NCBI GenBank assembly: GCA_963662655.2 | Contig: CAXXTU010000002.1 | Span: 2,560,001-2,624,000, forward strand | Source: Candidatus Cloacimonadales bacterium | GTDB taxonomy: Bacteria; Cloacimonadota; Cloacimonadia; Cloacimonadales; JAIOQZ01 | DNA: 64,000 bases | Direction of reading: 5' to 3' | Shown: piece after piece, positions 48,458 to 59,211 of the stretch | How positions within the stretch are numbered: the stretch's first letter is position 1 | How the letters are laid out: each line of letters opens with the position of its first letter | Notes under the pieces: model-generated | Told to the model about the DNA's origin: nothing | What the model saw: the letters and a program-made list of their open reading frames with translations, nothing else | Databases searched by the model: none | Position numbers and translations under genes: made by a program

Positions 48458-51400
48458 ATGAAAAAAACGTTATTCTTTCTCTTCCTCGCAATGGTATTTT
48501 CCGGCATATTGAATGCCGACTATTTTATCGATTTTGAAGCAGAGAGCAAGGGGGCATACGGCGCGGCACCGATCTCTTTGAACGGTCTCGACTGGAACAT
48601 GAACGAAACGCTTATTGGAAATCTGGCTGCCGACAAAAAGAACGGAAATAAATCTGCACGATTCCGCTTTCCGGCTTCCATGACGATGCTGGAAGACAAA
48701 TCGGACGGCATCGGAACGATCTCGCTCTACTACGCGAAGTATGGGACAGATTCCCCGGCCCCGACATACCGGGTTGAATACAGCACCGACGGAGGCTCCA
48801 ACTGGACGCAGGCAGGTAACGACTTCGACTCGAACCTGCAAGCATCCCTAACGTACTGGAGCGCAGACATCAATGCCTCCGGGGCCGTGCGAGTACGCAT
48901 TGTGTGCGTTTCCGGCGAAGATGGTAAACGCGGAAATATCGACGACATCCTCATGACGGATTACTCCGGCGGAAGCCCCGTTATCCCTGACGCGCCAGTC
49001 GCTACTGTCGCAACCGGCATCACCGGAAGCGGTTTTCGGGCAAACTGGCAGACCTCGAGCGGCGCGAACGGCTACAACTTGTATATTACGCAGGGTGGAA
49101 GCGCGATTGCGAACTTCGATCCGATGATCATAGCCAACGGAGCGGCAACCTACTACGATGTAACCGCTCTGACATCCGAAACGGACTACGCATATTACCT
49201 GACAGCATATAGCGATGCGGGAACAAGCACGAACTCGAACATAATCGAGGTGACAACGCAAGATCCCTACGATGGTTACTACGACACGGCGGAGGGCCTT
49301 TCCGGCTCATATCTCAAAGATGAGCTTCACAGCATCATCGACGGACACACTTTCATCAACTACGATGGCGTGAAACTAGCCCTTCAGGTGCTGGACGAAG
49401 ACCCCGAGAACAGCTCGAACGTTATCGGATTGTACTCCGGGTGGTCGATCGCGAAAACCAACTTCAACACCTCCAACGGATGGAACCGCGAGCATGTCTG
49501 GGCGAAATCTCACGGAAACTTCGACATCGACGAATCTCCGGGAACCGATCTTCATCACCTGCGTCCCGAAGATTCCACCGTCAACACGGTGAAGTACAAC
49601 CGCGATTTTGATGAAGGCGGAAGCCAGTACATCGACGGCGATGGCGCGACGGACTGTTATTATACCACGGACACCTGGGAACCGCGCGACGAGGTGAAGG
49701 GCGACGTTGCTCGCATGATGTTCTACATGGATGTGCGTTACGAAGGCGACTCGGGTGAGGTCGATCTTGAACTGGTTGACGCAGTCGATACGGACGATCC
49801 GGATACGGGCGATTACCTGGGAGAGCACGGAAGGCTTACGACCCTGCTTCGCTGGCATTTCGAGGATCCGGTATCTGCTGAAGAACAGGCTCGAAACCAG
49901 CTCATCTACACCAACTACCAGCACAACCGTAATCCGTTCATCGATCATCCCGAATATGTCTCGGAGATATGGGGAACACCCTTACTGCTAAAGGATACAT
50001 CCGAAATGTCTTTCGATGATGTCGTCGTTGGCGAAACTTCCGGGGAATCTACTTTCGATATCATGGGAGTAGAACTCTATGGCGATGTAACGATAACAGC
50101 TCCCGAGGGTTTCGAAATTGCAACGTCAAGCGGCGGCAGCTTTTCCAGCCAGATCGTGCTCAGCCCAACCTCACGCGAGGTGTATGAAACCATTTACGTG
50201 CGTTTCTCGCCATCGGAAGAGATGTGGTATTCTGGTACGATAACTTGCGTCTCCTATCAAGCGGATCAGGAAGATATTGCCGTTTCTGGAAACGGCATCG
50301 TAGTTCAGGAAAACGAACTCTCGGCGATCATCAACGAGTGGTCGCAAGGCGACGGCGGATCCAAGGAATGGGTGGAAATCGTCGTGGTCCAGGACAACCT
50401 GGATATGCGCGGCTGGCAGCTTGCGGACGACTCCAATCCATACTGCACCTTTATCGAAGGCGCTGATTCGCCCTGGGCATCCGTCCCCGAAGGAACGGTA
50501 ATCGTTATATACAACGGCGGTGACCGCGATACGAACCTCCCCGTCGATGATATCATCGTAGTCGGTGACGGTAATCACCAGGTCGTTACCGCCCATAACG
50601 AGGCAAGCCTTTTCACCGACAGCAGTTGGGGCGGCTTCTCCAATTCGACCTCCTCCGATAATCCGATCCTGACTAACGGCTCCTCTCGTGCGGTCGTGCA
50701 CGACTGGGATCAGGGGAACGACAGCGCGTTCACGTCAATCAGGCCCGGATCGAGCACCGGCATTTTTTATACGGGAAACTCTGCGGAAGGCGCTACTTCG
50801 GCTTCCAACTGGACTTCCGCTCCTGCGACAAGCGAGGACATCACACCTTCAAATGGTAACGGGGGTTCGAACTCGGAGTGGCTTGATGAAACGCTTCCTG
50901 TTGTGTTCTCTTCCTTCACAGCCGTGGTTTCGGCCAAGAACGAAGTAACGCTGAAGTGGATCACGCAGTCTGAAGAAGACATGCTGGGCTACAACCTGCT
51001 CCGCGCCGAAGCCAGTAGTTACGAGAGCGCCGTTTCCATCAACACGGGCATCATTCCGGCGGAAAATCAGGTGATCGAGAATCGTTACCTTTACACGGAC
51101 GTCGAGGTTCAGCACGAGCGCACCTATTTCTACTGGCTGGAAGCTGTCTCGGCAGGTGGACATTGCGATTTCTACGGACCTGTGGAAGTCACGGTAACCG
51201 AAGATGATCCGAATCAAATCCCCGATATCCAGATGATGACCGAGTTGGGTGCGAATTTCCCCAATCCGTTCAATCCCTCCACGGCGATCGCGTTCTCGCT
51301 GGAGAAATCATCGAAAGTGACGATCGACATCTACAACCTGAAGGGACAGCATATCAAGACACTGCTCCATCAGCAGATGAACGAAGGATCTCACATCGTG

Positions 51401-51511
51401 CAATGGAATGGAAAGGACGAGAACGGTAAGCCTGCCGGAAGCGGTATCTACTTCTACAAAATGAAAGCGGGAGATTATACTTCCACCCGCAAAATGCTTC
51501 TGATGAAATGA
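48458..51511 (+). CDS. Secreted endonuclease I-family nuclease with Fn3-like, lamin-tail-like and FlgD-Ig/T9SS-like C-terminal domains
   Basis: WNREHVWAKS, TDLHHLRP, KGDVARMMFYM, QHNRNPFIDHPE, NFPNPFNPST...RKMLLMK. Confidence 0.88.
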   Translation: MKKTLFFLFLAMVFSGILNADYFIDFEAESKGAYGAAPISLNGLDWNMNETLIGNLAADKKNGNKSARFRFPASMTMLEDKSDGIGTISLYYAKYGTDSPAPTYRVEYSTDGGSNWTQAGNDFDSNLQASLTYWSADINASGAVRVRIVCVSGEDGKRGNIDDILMTDYSGGSPVIPDAPVATVATGITGSGFRANWQTSSGANGYNLYITQGGSAIANFDPMIIANGAATYYDVTALTSETDYAYYLTAYSDAGTSTNSNIIEVTTQDPYDGYYDTAEGLSGSYLKDELHSIIDGHTFINYDGVKLALQVLDEDPENSSNVIGLYSGWSIAKTNFNTSNGWNREHVWAKSHGNFDIDESPGTDLHHLRPEDSTVNTVKYNRDFDEGGSQYIDGDGATDCYYTTDTWEPRDEVKGDVARMMFYMDVRYEGDSGEVDLELVDAVDTDDPDTGDYLGEHGRLTTLLRWHFEDPVSAEEQARNQLIYTNYQHNRNPFIDHPEYVSEIWGTPLLLKDTSEMSFDDVVVGETSGESTFDIMGVELYGDVTITAPEGFEIATSSGGSFSSQIVLSPTSREVYETIYVRFSPSEEMWYSGTITCVSYQADQEDIAVSGNGIVVQENELSAIINEWSQGDGGSKEWVEIVVVQDNLDMRGWQLADDSNPYCTFIEGADSPWASVPEGTVIVIYNGGDRDTNLPVDDIIVVGDGNHQVVTAHNEASLFTDSSWGGFSNSTSSDNPILTNGSSRAVVHDWDQGNDSAFTSIRPGSSTGIFYTGNSAEGATSASNWTSAPATSEDITPSNGNGGSNSEWLDETLPVVFSSFTAVVSAKNEVTLKWITQSEEDMLGYNLLRAEASSYESAVSINTGIIPAENQVIENRYLYTDVEVQHERTYFYWLEAVSAGGHCDFYGPVEVTVTEDDPNQIPDIQMMTELGANFPNPFNPSTAIAFSLEKSSKVTIDIYNLKGQHIKTLLHQQMNEGSHIVQWNGKDENGKPAGSGIYFYKMKAGDYTSTRKMLLMK

Positions 51512-51632
51512 TTTCAGCTTTCACGTAGTGAAAACAAATTATATCGGAAGCGCTTTTGCTGGCGTTACGACTATGTGCAGCAAAACGTAAGCTTAGCGTT
51601 ACGATTTCATGCAAGAAGTCATCAGACTGTTG

Positions 51633-51666
51633 ACAAAGCCTGGGGGGGGCCCGGGCTTTGTTTTTT
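51633..51666 (+). terminator. Intrinsic terminator
   Basis: ACAAAGCCTGGG...CCCGGGCTTTGT followed by a T-run. Confidence 0.7.
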
Positions 51667-51974
51667 ACTCTTGGAATATAGGGCTCTGTTGTTATGTTAT
51701 TTGAAATGGTCATGAAAGGATTTTCAAGTGCGTTGAAGTGTACCCGTTATCTCCTGTCTGCATTATTCTTGACATCAAAAATACATTCCAAAAATGAGCA
51801 TCGAACAACGTAAATTTTCTCAATATATGATGAGTATTTCCATTTCCGCTTTGATAACGCATAAATAGGGAAATAGATGAGGCGGAAATTGTTTGTCAGT
51901 GAGGATTTTCCGATTGAGTATCCAATGAATTCATGGCTCATCAATTGAAAAATCGATAACATTGTAGGAGAACA

Positions 51975-53417
51975 ATGAATCCAACTCTGTTTTCAGTTCC
52001 TGAGGCCAGAACAGACCTGCACAAAAGCATCCGGGATGCGATCGGGCGCAATTTCCGGCCTCTTGCATTCTATTCCGATGCCGACAGGAGCCTGATCTGC
52101 CTGATGGGCAACGACGACACCCACCAGCTCGATCTGTTGCGGTTCGTAGCGCCTGAAGGCGGTTCCTATCCCAGCCTGACCGGGCTTTCGAGCGAATTTC
52201 ACATGTACGAACGAGAGCTTTGGGAAGAGACCGGGCTGGTGCCGCAATCGCATCCCTGGCTGAAACCGGTTCGCTATCCGCACAACCGTCCCGAACTGGT
52301 TCTTAAAGATCATCCGTTCCTTGCCGCAGCATCCGAATCGATGCACGAAGTGGCAGTCGGCCCCGTGCATGCAGGAGTGATCGAACCCGGTCAATTCCGC
52401 TTCCTCTGCGAGGGCGAGGACGTCCATCATCTGGAGATTCAGCTCGGCTATCAGCATCGCGGGATACGCAAGCTCCTCGAGACCGGCGACATCCGCGGAA
52501 AGATACATCTGGCGGAAGCCATCGCAGGCGATACCGCGATCGGTCATGGGATTGCCTATTGTCGGGCGATTGAAGCGCTTTGCGGTGCGGATGTTCCGGA
52601 TGCGGTTCATCGCGTTCGAGCCATCGCGCTGGAGATGGAACGCGCAGCCATGCACCTCGCCGATCTCTCCGCTTTGGCGGGAGACATCGCTTACCTCACC
52701 GGATTGAACTACTTCGCAGCCGTACGCACCAAGGTGATCAACCTTTCCCTGCACGTCTGCGGTAGTCGCTTCGGCAAACGCTGGCTCTGCCCCGGGGGTG
52801 TTAACTACGGCATCAGCAGTGAGAAAAATCGCTACATGATCACCACGCTTTCAACGATCCGCGAGGACATCCGGATCATGGGAACGGCGATGTTCAACGA
52901 TTCCGGCGTGCTCTCGCGATTCGATGGTACCGGGCATGTGGATGCCGCGTCGATCCGCGATCTGCATTTCGTAGGCATGGCAGCGCGTAGCGGCGGCGTA
53001 CTTCGCGATGGACGCAAGGCGTATCCGTTCGCGCCGTACGAGCTATTCCCTGATTCCATCGTGCTTCCGCAGGGCGACGTCTTCGCACGGGCCTTCCTGC
53101 GCTATAAAGAGAGCCTGCAATCCATCGATTTCTGCCTGAAACTGCTCTCCGATCTGCCCGAAACACCAGCCTGTACACCGAAGCTTCCCGAGCCGGAACG
53201 CGATGTTATCGCAGCATCGATCGTCGAGGGATGGCGCGGCGAGATCGTGCATTTGATACGCACCGATGAGAACGGTGCGACCCTGTCGTACCGGATATAC
53301 GATCCCTCCTTCCACAATTGGATGGCGCTTGCGCTTGCCGTGAGGAACAACGGAATATCGGATTTCCCCGTTTGCAATAAAAGCTTTAACCTCTCATACT
53401 GCGGAAACGACCTGTGA
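51975..53417 (+). CDS. Ehr complex large subunit (HyfG/NuoCD-like, no NiFe ligands)
   Basis: YERELWE, VGPVHAGVIEPG, LGYQHRG, EGWRGE, DPSFHNW; L1 site reads AIAGDT and L2 site SFNLSY (no CxxC). Confidence 0.88.
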   Translation: MNPTLFSVPEARTDLHKSIRDAIGRNFRPLAFYSDADRSLICLMGNDDTHQLDLLRFVAPEGGSYPSLTGLSSEFHMYERELWEETGLVPQSHPWLKPVRYPHNRPELVLKDHPFLAAASESMHEVAVGPVHAGVIEPGQFRFLCEGEDVHHLEIQLGYQHRGIRKLLETGDIRGKIHLAEAIAGDTAIGHGIAYCRAIEALCGADVPDAVHRVRAIALEMERAAMHLADLSALAGDIAYLTGLNYFAAVRTKVINLSLHVCGSRFGKRWLCPGGVNYGISSEKNRYMITTLSTIREDIRIMGTAMFNDSGVLSRFDGTGHVDAASIRDLHFVGMAARSGGVLRDGRKAYPFAPYELFPDSIVLPQGDVFARAFLRYKESLQSIDFCLKLLSDLPETPACTPKLPEPERDVIAASIVEGWRGEIVHLIRTDENGATLSYRIYDPSFHNWMALALAVRNNGISDFPVCNKSFNLSYCGNDL

Positions 53418-53433
53418 TGCGGGAGGAGAACAG

Positions 53434-54216
53434 ATGACACATAAACCGATTACGGGATTGACGATGATCGACCTGCTCAAGGCGCGAATCCGCCACGGCG
53501 ATCAGGCGATCCCCGATCCGCTTAAAACGAAGACGGACCCGGCGTTTCCGGGATTGCCGTCCTTCCGTAAACAAGACGATGAAAGCTGGGACCGGGCACG
53601 TAAAAGCTGCCCAACGGGTGCGATCGGCGAGAACACGCTCGATCTGGGGCGCTGTGTATTCTGCGGCGTCTGTCAGCGTAACTTCCCGGAGACTTTTGTT
53701 TTCTCCAACTCATTCAAGATGGGAGCCTCCCGGCGTGAAACGCTGATCCTGGACGGCACCCTGACCCCGGACGCCTACGTCGCGTCCTCCATCGCGACCA
53801 CACCCGATATCCGTCGACTGTTCGGTCGATCGTTCAAGCTACGCTCCGTTTCCGCGGGTGGTTGCGCTGCCTGCGAGCTCGAGTTGAACGCCTCCACCAA
53901 CGTGAACTTTGATATCAATCGATACGGGATCGACATCGTGGCATCCCCCCGTCACGCCGACGCGGTGGTGGTCACTGGACCGATCACGCAGAACATGGCG
54001 TACGCGCTGGAAGAGACCTGGAAGGCGGTTCCCGCACCGAAGATTCTCATTCTGGCGGGTGCTTGCGCCATCAGCGGTGGGCTTTTCGCCGACGCGCCGG
54101 CGCTGCAACGCGGATTTCTGGACAAGGTCGAGGCAATCCTGTATCTTCCAGGGTGCCCGGTTCATCCGCTGACCATCGTGCACGGCATCACAGCGCTGAT
54201 CGGGAGGAAGAAATGA
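53434..54216 (+). CDS. Ehr small subunit (ferredoxin-like + NuoB/HyfI-like)
   Basis: CPTGAI, CVFCGVC, GGCAACE, SPRHAD, GAC, PGCP. Confidence 0.88.
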   Translation: MTHKPITGLTMIDLLKARIRHGDQAIPDPLKTKTDPAFPGLPSFRKQDDESWDRARKSCPTGAIGENTLDLGRCVFCGVCQRNFPETFVFSNSFKMGASRRETLILDGTLTPDAYVASSIATTPDIRRLFGRSFKLRSVSAGGCAACELELNASTNVNFDINRYGIDIVASPRHADAVVVTGPITQNMAYALEETWKAVPAPKILILAGACAISGGLFADAPALQRGFLDKVEAILYLPGCPVHPLTIVHGITALIGRKK

Positions 54217-56150
54217 CCCCGCAAACAACGTTCCTGATCGGCATCGCCCTTATGATGCTATCGCTTCCCGTTTCCATGCTCGGCTGGCGTAAAATCTTCA
54301 CGTTACTCACCATGCTCGGTGCCGGATTTCTCGGCACGATCGCCATTCTCTGGCATCCTGCGGGAAATACGGTGCTCTCGCTCGTCTCTTTCCAACTGGG
54401 TGTTTTCACTGTCGAATTGGGACTGACCTGGCTCTCGTCCATCTTCCTGATCCTTCTCTCCGTCGGCTGCATACTCGGGGTCGCGCACGGTTACGCGTAT
54501 CTGAAAGATCATGACCAGCGCGGCTTGCGTTCCCACGGCTTCTTTCTGGGATTGCTCGTCTTGAGCCTGCACCTGACCGTTTTCGCGCGCGACGCGCTGA
54601 TGCTCTTCTTCGCCTGGGAGCTGATGGGCTTCTCATCCTTCTTCGCGATTCTGGTCGAGCGCGACGAGCCGACCTGGAAGGCAGCGAAATACTACCTGAT
54701 CTTCATGCAAGCCGGCGCGGCAGTACTTCTGACAGGTATCGCCCTTGCATACTCGAACACCGGAAGCCTCCGTTTTGACGATTGGTCCGGTCTTCCCGTC
54801 ATGACCGCGTTCGTGCTCATGATCGGATTTGCCTTCAAGGCTGGATTCTTCCCATTCCATTCGTGGCTGCCGGTCGCGCATCCGATGGCGCCTGGCCATG
54901 TCTCGGGCATGATGTCCGGTTTGCTGACCAAGACCGGTATCTATGGTATTCTATTGATTCTGGTGTGCTTCGAGCCGCCGATAGCGGGGCTCTACGTCTT
55001 CGGCGCCGTCGCGTTGATCACCGCTCTCACGGGTGTCTTTCACGCGCTGGCGGAGACCGATATCAAGCGCATCCTGGCGTGGTCGAGCATCGAGAATATC
55101 GGCATCATCGGGCTGGGGATCGTTTTCGCCTGGCTCGGCAAAAAGCTCGAAGTCCCCGCAATCACAATGTTCGGTATCCTGGGCGCGCTGCTGCACAGCA
55201 TCAACCACTCTCTGTTCAAGCCGATGCTGTTCTACCTCTCCGGTAACGTCCAGCACCAGGCGCACGAGCGCGACATAAACCGGCTGGGAGGGTTGCAGAA
55301 GCGAATGCCCGTCACCGGCTACCTCTTTTTCGCGGGATCCATGGCGATAGCGGGTCTGCCGCTCATGAACGGTTTCGTTTCCGAGTTCCTCGTGTTCCTG
55401 ACCATTCTCAAGGGATTCCGGGTATTCAGTGTGGGATTCAATATCGCGGCCATCGTCGGTCTTGCCGGTCTCGCCTACGTCGCATCGATCGCGCTGTTTG
55501 CATTCGCGAGAATGTACGGACTGGCCTTCCTGGGCGAGCCGCGCACGGAAAAGGCGGCACATGCAAAGGAAACGAAGCGCGGATTGTGGACCGTGCCGTC
55601 CATCCTGGCGGGACTCTGCCTTGTCGGTGGCATAACAGGCGACTATATGCTGTCCTGGCTTCACGGCTTTCTTCCCGATTCCATGCTGGCGCCCGACGCC
55701 GAGTTCATCTCGCTCCTGGAACGCTTCCAGCCCTTCCGGCTGGTTCTGGTGATCACACTCGGGCTGTTCCTCGCGCTGTTCCTCTGGCGTCGCAGAAAGG
55801 TTCGATTCGCGAGAAATGCGACCTGGGGCTGCGGCTACGAGAAGCCGTCCGCGAAGATGCAGTACACCGGCGCTTCGTTCGTCCATCCGGTGGAGCCGAT
55901 CATGAACATGTTCACCGGAAAGCATCGCGAACTCGATTTCGACAGCAGCCATTTCCCGACCCGGCTATCGTTCGTTCGCGAAGCCAAAGACCGGGTGCAG
56001 AAACGCCTGATCGCGCCGATCGTCCAGTCGGTGCATCGCTTCCTGGACCTCTTCGCCGGCGTGCAGAGCGGCAAAACGCAGGTTTACATCACCTACGGAC
56101 TGGTCTTTCTGGTGGCGGCGCTTATCTGGGTAATCGTGGGGGAATCATGA
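54213..56150 (+). CDS. HyfB-like proton-translocating membrane subunit
   Basis: WELMG, KAGFFPFHSWLP.AHP, SSIENIG, WGCGY. Confidence 0.88.
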   Translation: MTPQTTFLIGIALMMLSLPVSMLGWRKIFTLLTMLGAGFLGTIAILWHPAGNTVLSLVSFQLGVFTVELGLTWLSSIFLILLSVGCILGVAHGYAYLKDHDQRGLRSHGFFLGLLVLSLHLTVFARDALMLFFAWELMGFSSFFAILVERDEPTWKAAKYYLIFMQAGAAVLLTGIALAYSNTGSLRFDDWSGLPVMTAFVLMIGFAFKAGFFPFHSWLPVAHPMAPGHVSGMMSGLLTKTGIYGILLILVCFEPPIAGLYVFGAVALITALTGVFHALAETDIKRILAWSSIENIGIIGLGIVFAWLGKKLEVPAITMFGILGALLHSINHSLFKPMLFYLSGNVQHQAHERDINRLGGLQKRMPVTGYLFFAGSMAIAGLPLMNGFVSEFLVFLTILKGFRVFSVGFNIAAIVGLAGLAYVASIALFAFARMYGLAFLGEPRTEKAAHAKETKRGLWTVPSILAGLCLVGGITGDYMLSWLHGFLPDSMLAPDAEFISLLERFQPFRLVLVITLGLFLALFLWRRRKVRFARNATWGCGYEKPSAKMQYTGASFVHPVEPIMNMFTGKHRELDFDSSHFPTRLSFVREAKDRVQKRLIAPIVQSVHRFLDLFAGVQSGKTQVYITYGLVFLVAALIWVIVGES

Positions 56151-57064
56151 TCGTGAACATCCTTTTCATTCTGTTGATGCCCTTTCTATTCGTGGGTATC
56201 GTGAACAAGACCAAGGCGGTCTGGGCGGGGCGTCGCGGTGCGCCGGTATGGCAGCCGTACGCCGATTTCTTTCGCCTGATCCGCAAGCACGAAGTAATCA
56301 GCCACACCACGAGTTTCATTTTCGATATTTCGGGTGCGTTGTCCCTCGCAGCGATCATCGCCGCAGCGCTGCTGATCCCGTTCGGACAATACAAGGCCCT
56401 GATCAGCTTCCAGGGCGACTTCGTCCTCTTTCTCTATCTTATGGGACTCGCCAAGTTCGTGGCGGTGCTGGCAGCACTGGACACAGGTTCGGCGTTCGAG
56501 GGAATGGGCGCGAGCCGCGAGATGTCGTTCACCACATTCCTGGAACCCGCATTCTTTCTGGTCATCGCGTCGCTGATATACGTTTCCGGCGCGGGAACGC
56601 TGAGCGAACTGATCTCCATGCACACGGTCAGGCTTTCCAGCCAGTGGTCGCTGATGATCTCCGCGCTCACGGTGATCGCGCTGTTCATTATGCTGCTGGT
56701 GGAAGGCTCGCGGGTACCTTTCGACGATCCCACAACGCATCTGGAACTCACCATGGTACACGAGGTGATGGTGCTGGATCATTCCGGACCGAACTTCGGC
56801 TTCGTGCAGTATGCCAATGCACTGAAGATGACGCTTTTCGCCTCGCTGATCGCCTACTTCCTCATTCCCTGGGGACTGGGTGTCGCAGCGGTGACTGCGC
56901 TTTACGTAGGCATCATGGTGTTGCAGGCGATATTCCTGGGATTGGTGGAATCGATCCTGCCGCGCGTGCGCATGACGCGCAATCCCGAGCTGGTATTCAT
57001 TCCGCTCTCGGTAGCGCTGCTGGCTCTTACCGCGCTGATCGTGCTCGGACTCGGAGGTGCATGA
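56147..57064 (+). CDS. HyfC/NuoH-like membrane subunit
   Basis: GRRGAP..QPY.D, FEGMGASRE, RVPFDDP.THLELTMVHE. Confidence 0.88.
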   Translation: MIVNILFILLMPFLFVGIVNKTKAVWAGRRGAPVWQPYADFFRLIRKHEVISHTTSFIFDISGALSLAAIIAAALLIPFGQYKALISFQGDFVLFLYLMGLAKFVAVLAALDTGSAFEGMGASREMSFTTFLEPAFFLVIASLIYVSGAGTLSELISMHTVRLSSQWSLMISALTVIALFIMLLVEGSRVPFDDPTTHLELTMVHEVMVLDHSGPNFGFVQYANALKMTLFASLIAYFLIPWGLGVAAVTALYVGIMVLQAIFLGLVESILPRVRMTRNPELVFIPLSVALLALTALIVLGLGGA

Positions 57065-57699
57065 TGACAGACGTTCTGGTAATCCTTTTCGGCGTTAGCC
57101 TGCTGGCTGCGTCTACTACCAACATGCTCGGTAAGCTCATCCGCATCCTGGCGGTGCAGGGCGTGATCCTTTTCCTCTTGACCATGAGCAATATCACGGA
57201 ATTCAACTGGGTGCAACTGGCATTCGTGGCGCTGGAGACACTGGTTTTCAAGGCGGTTCTGATCCCGTACCTGCTGTCGGACATGATTCGCCGCAACAAT
57301 ATCGTGCGGGAGGTGGAGCCGAAGGTTTCCAACTTCTTCTCGCTTTTCACGATGACACTGATCTTCGCTTTCGGTTTCCTGATGGGACTGTGGTCGGGCA
57401 AGAATTCGCCCAATGTCCACCCGCTGCTCTTCGGTATCGCCTTCTCGTCGATCCTGAAGGGGCTCTTCATCATCATCACCAATAAAAAACTGATCACCCA
57501 CCTGATGGGCTATCTGATTCTCGAAAACGGCATTTTCCTGCTCTCGCTGGCCGCCTCGCGCGAGATGCCCTATATCGTCAGCCTGGGTGTTTCGCTGGAC
57601 ATCCTGCTCTCCATTCTGGTAGCGGGACTCTTTATCAATAAAATCAAATCCACTTTCGACGAAGAAGACATCGACACCCTGTCGGATCTGAAGGACTGA
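57061..57699 (+). CDS. HyfE-like membrane subunit
   Basis: K..LIP..L, GYLILENGIF. Confidence 0.85.
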   Translation: MMTDVLVILFGVSLLAASTTNMLGKLIRILAVQGVILFLLTMSNITEFNWVQLAFVALETLVFKAVLIPYLLSDMIRRNNIVREVEPKVSNFFSLFTMTLIFAFGFLMGLWSGKNSPNVHPLLFGIAFSSILKGLFIIITNKKLITHLMGYLILENGIFLLSLAASREMPYIVSLGVSLDILLSILVAGLFINKIKSTFDEEDIDTLSDLKD

Positions 57700-57701
57700 C
57701 C

Positions 57702-59105
57702 ATGCCCATCATCCTGATCATACCCGTTCTGTTCACCATCATCGCATGGTGGATGCGAAAGCCGATGCTGAACAACACCCTGATGATCCTGCACGCGCTG
57801 ATTCATATCGCGATGGTTCCGGTTTTATATTTCATGCCGGATTTTCCCTGGCCTATCCGTTATTTCACGATCGATGCGCTTGGAATCTTCTTCTATCTGA
57901 TCCTCTCCGTGCTCTATCTTGCGACAGCCCTGTACGGAGTCGGATTCCTGAAACATCCGGGACGGTCGCACCATACCTTGACGGCTACCAGTACCATGAT
58001 GTTCGTATTCTCCATGGACGGCGCGTTTTTCGCCGACAACCTGGGTTTGCTCTGGGTTTTCATCGAGACTACCACCCTGGCTTCGGCGCTGCTGATCAAC
58101 TACGATCAGACACGTCACTCGCTGGAAGCGTCGTGGAAATACATCTTCATCTGCTCGATCGGTATCGCTCTCGCTTTCGTGGGTATCCTGCTTCTTTTCG
58201 TCGCCATGCCGCCGGAGTCGTCCCTGACATTCGCGTGGCTGGTGGAGCACGCTGGCGAGCTTTCGCCCTTCTGGCTCAAGATATCCTTCGTATTCCTGCT
58301 CATCGGATTTGGCACCAAGCTGGGACTCGCGCCTGTTCACGCCTGGCTTCCCGACGCTCATTCTGAAGCGCCGGCTCCGGTTTCGGCGCTGCTCTCGGGT
58401 GCGCTGTTGAACACCGCACTGGTTCCGATCCTGCGCACGATGCCCGTGATGCAGGCGGCTGAGCTTCTGCCGATGGCGCGTAACCTTTTACTCCTCATGG
58501 GACTGCTCTCGGTATTCATCGCGGCGGTATTCATCGTGCGTATCCACAACTACAAGCGTATCCTGGCGTATTCCTCGATCGAAAACATGGGTATTGTCGC
58601 CATCGCGCTCGGGGTGGGCGGAATGGCGCTCAACGCGATGTTTATCCACCTGCTGGGCCATTCGATGATCAAGGGCGCATTCTTCCTGATCACCGGCAAT
58701 GTGCTCAGGCTGTACGGTTCGAAGGATTATCGAGAGGTCAAAGGTCTACTGGAGCGTGATAGCAGAACCGGGTGGCTGTGGCTTGCCGCGTTTCTGCTTC
58801 TTTCAGCACTACCGCCGTCGCCGCTGTTCTTCAGCGAATTCCAGCTCGCGCTGGGGATGGTCGGATCCGGGCTTGTCTGGCAACTGGCTTTGCTGCTTGT
58901 ACTGCTGACCGTCGTGGTCTACGGCATGGCTCGCGTAAGCATGAGCATGACCATGGGGCGCGACAATGCGGAAAGGAAGATAACGCTTCCGGTTTACCAG
59001 TGGATCATACCCGCGCTATTGCTCACGGCAGGGATCGCCGCGCTGTTCATGCCCGGCTTCCTGCGCAACCTGATCGAGCAATCGGTAAAGATGATTGGCG
59101 GATAA
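57702..59105 (+). CDS. HyfF-like proton-translocating membrane subunit
   Basis: WVFIETTT, EASWKY, GTKLGLAP.H.WLPDAHSEAP, AYSSIEN. Confidence 0.88.
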   Translation: MPIILIIPVLFTIIAWWMRKPMLNNTLMILHALIHIAMVPVLYFMPDFPWPIRYFTIDALGIFFYLILSVLYLATALYGVGFLKHPGRSHHTLTATSTMMFVFSMDGAFFADNLGLLWVFIETTTLASALLINYDQTRHSLEASWKYIFICSIGIALAFVGILLLFVAMPPESSLTFAWLVEHAGELSPFWLKISFVFLLIGFGTKLGLAPVHAWLPDAHSEAPAPVSALLSGALLNTALVPILRTMPVMQAAELLPMARNLLLLMGLLSVFIAAVFIVRIHNYKRILAYSSIENMGIVAIALGVGGMALNAMFIHLLGHSMIKGAFFLITGNVLRLYGSKDYREVKGLLERDSRTGWLWLAAFLLLSALPPSPLFFSEFQLALGMVGSGLVWQLALLLVLLTVVVYGMARVSMSMTMGRDNAERKITLPVYQWIIPALLLTAGIAALFMPGFLRNLIEQSVKMIGG

Positions 59106-59211
59106 GGTTCGTTTGTTACCCCGTGGGCGAGAGTGAACCCGTTTTTCGGTAGTTATCGTGAAGGGGCTGCCTCCGGCGGAAGGCCTTTGGCGATTCTGTT
59201 TGCCGTTCTCG

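Noticed and set aside
51975..53417. NiFe hydrogenase-3/4 or formate hydrogenlyase
   Set aside because: The Ni-binding CxxC motifs are absent, and no hyp or fdh genes are nearby.
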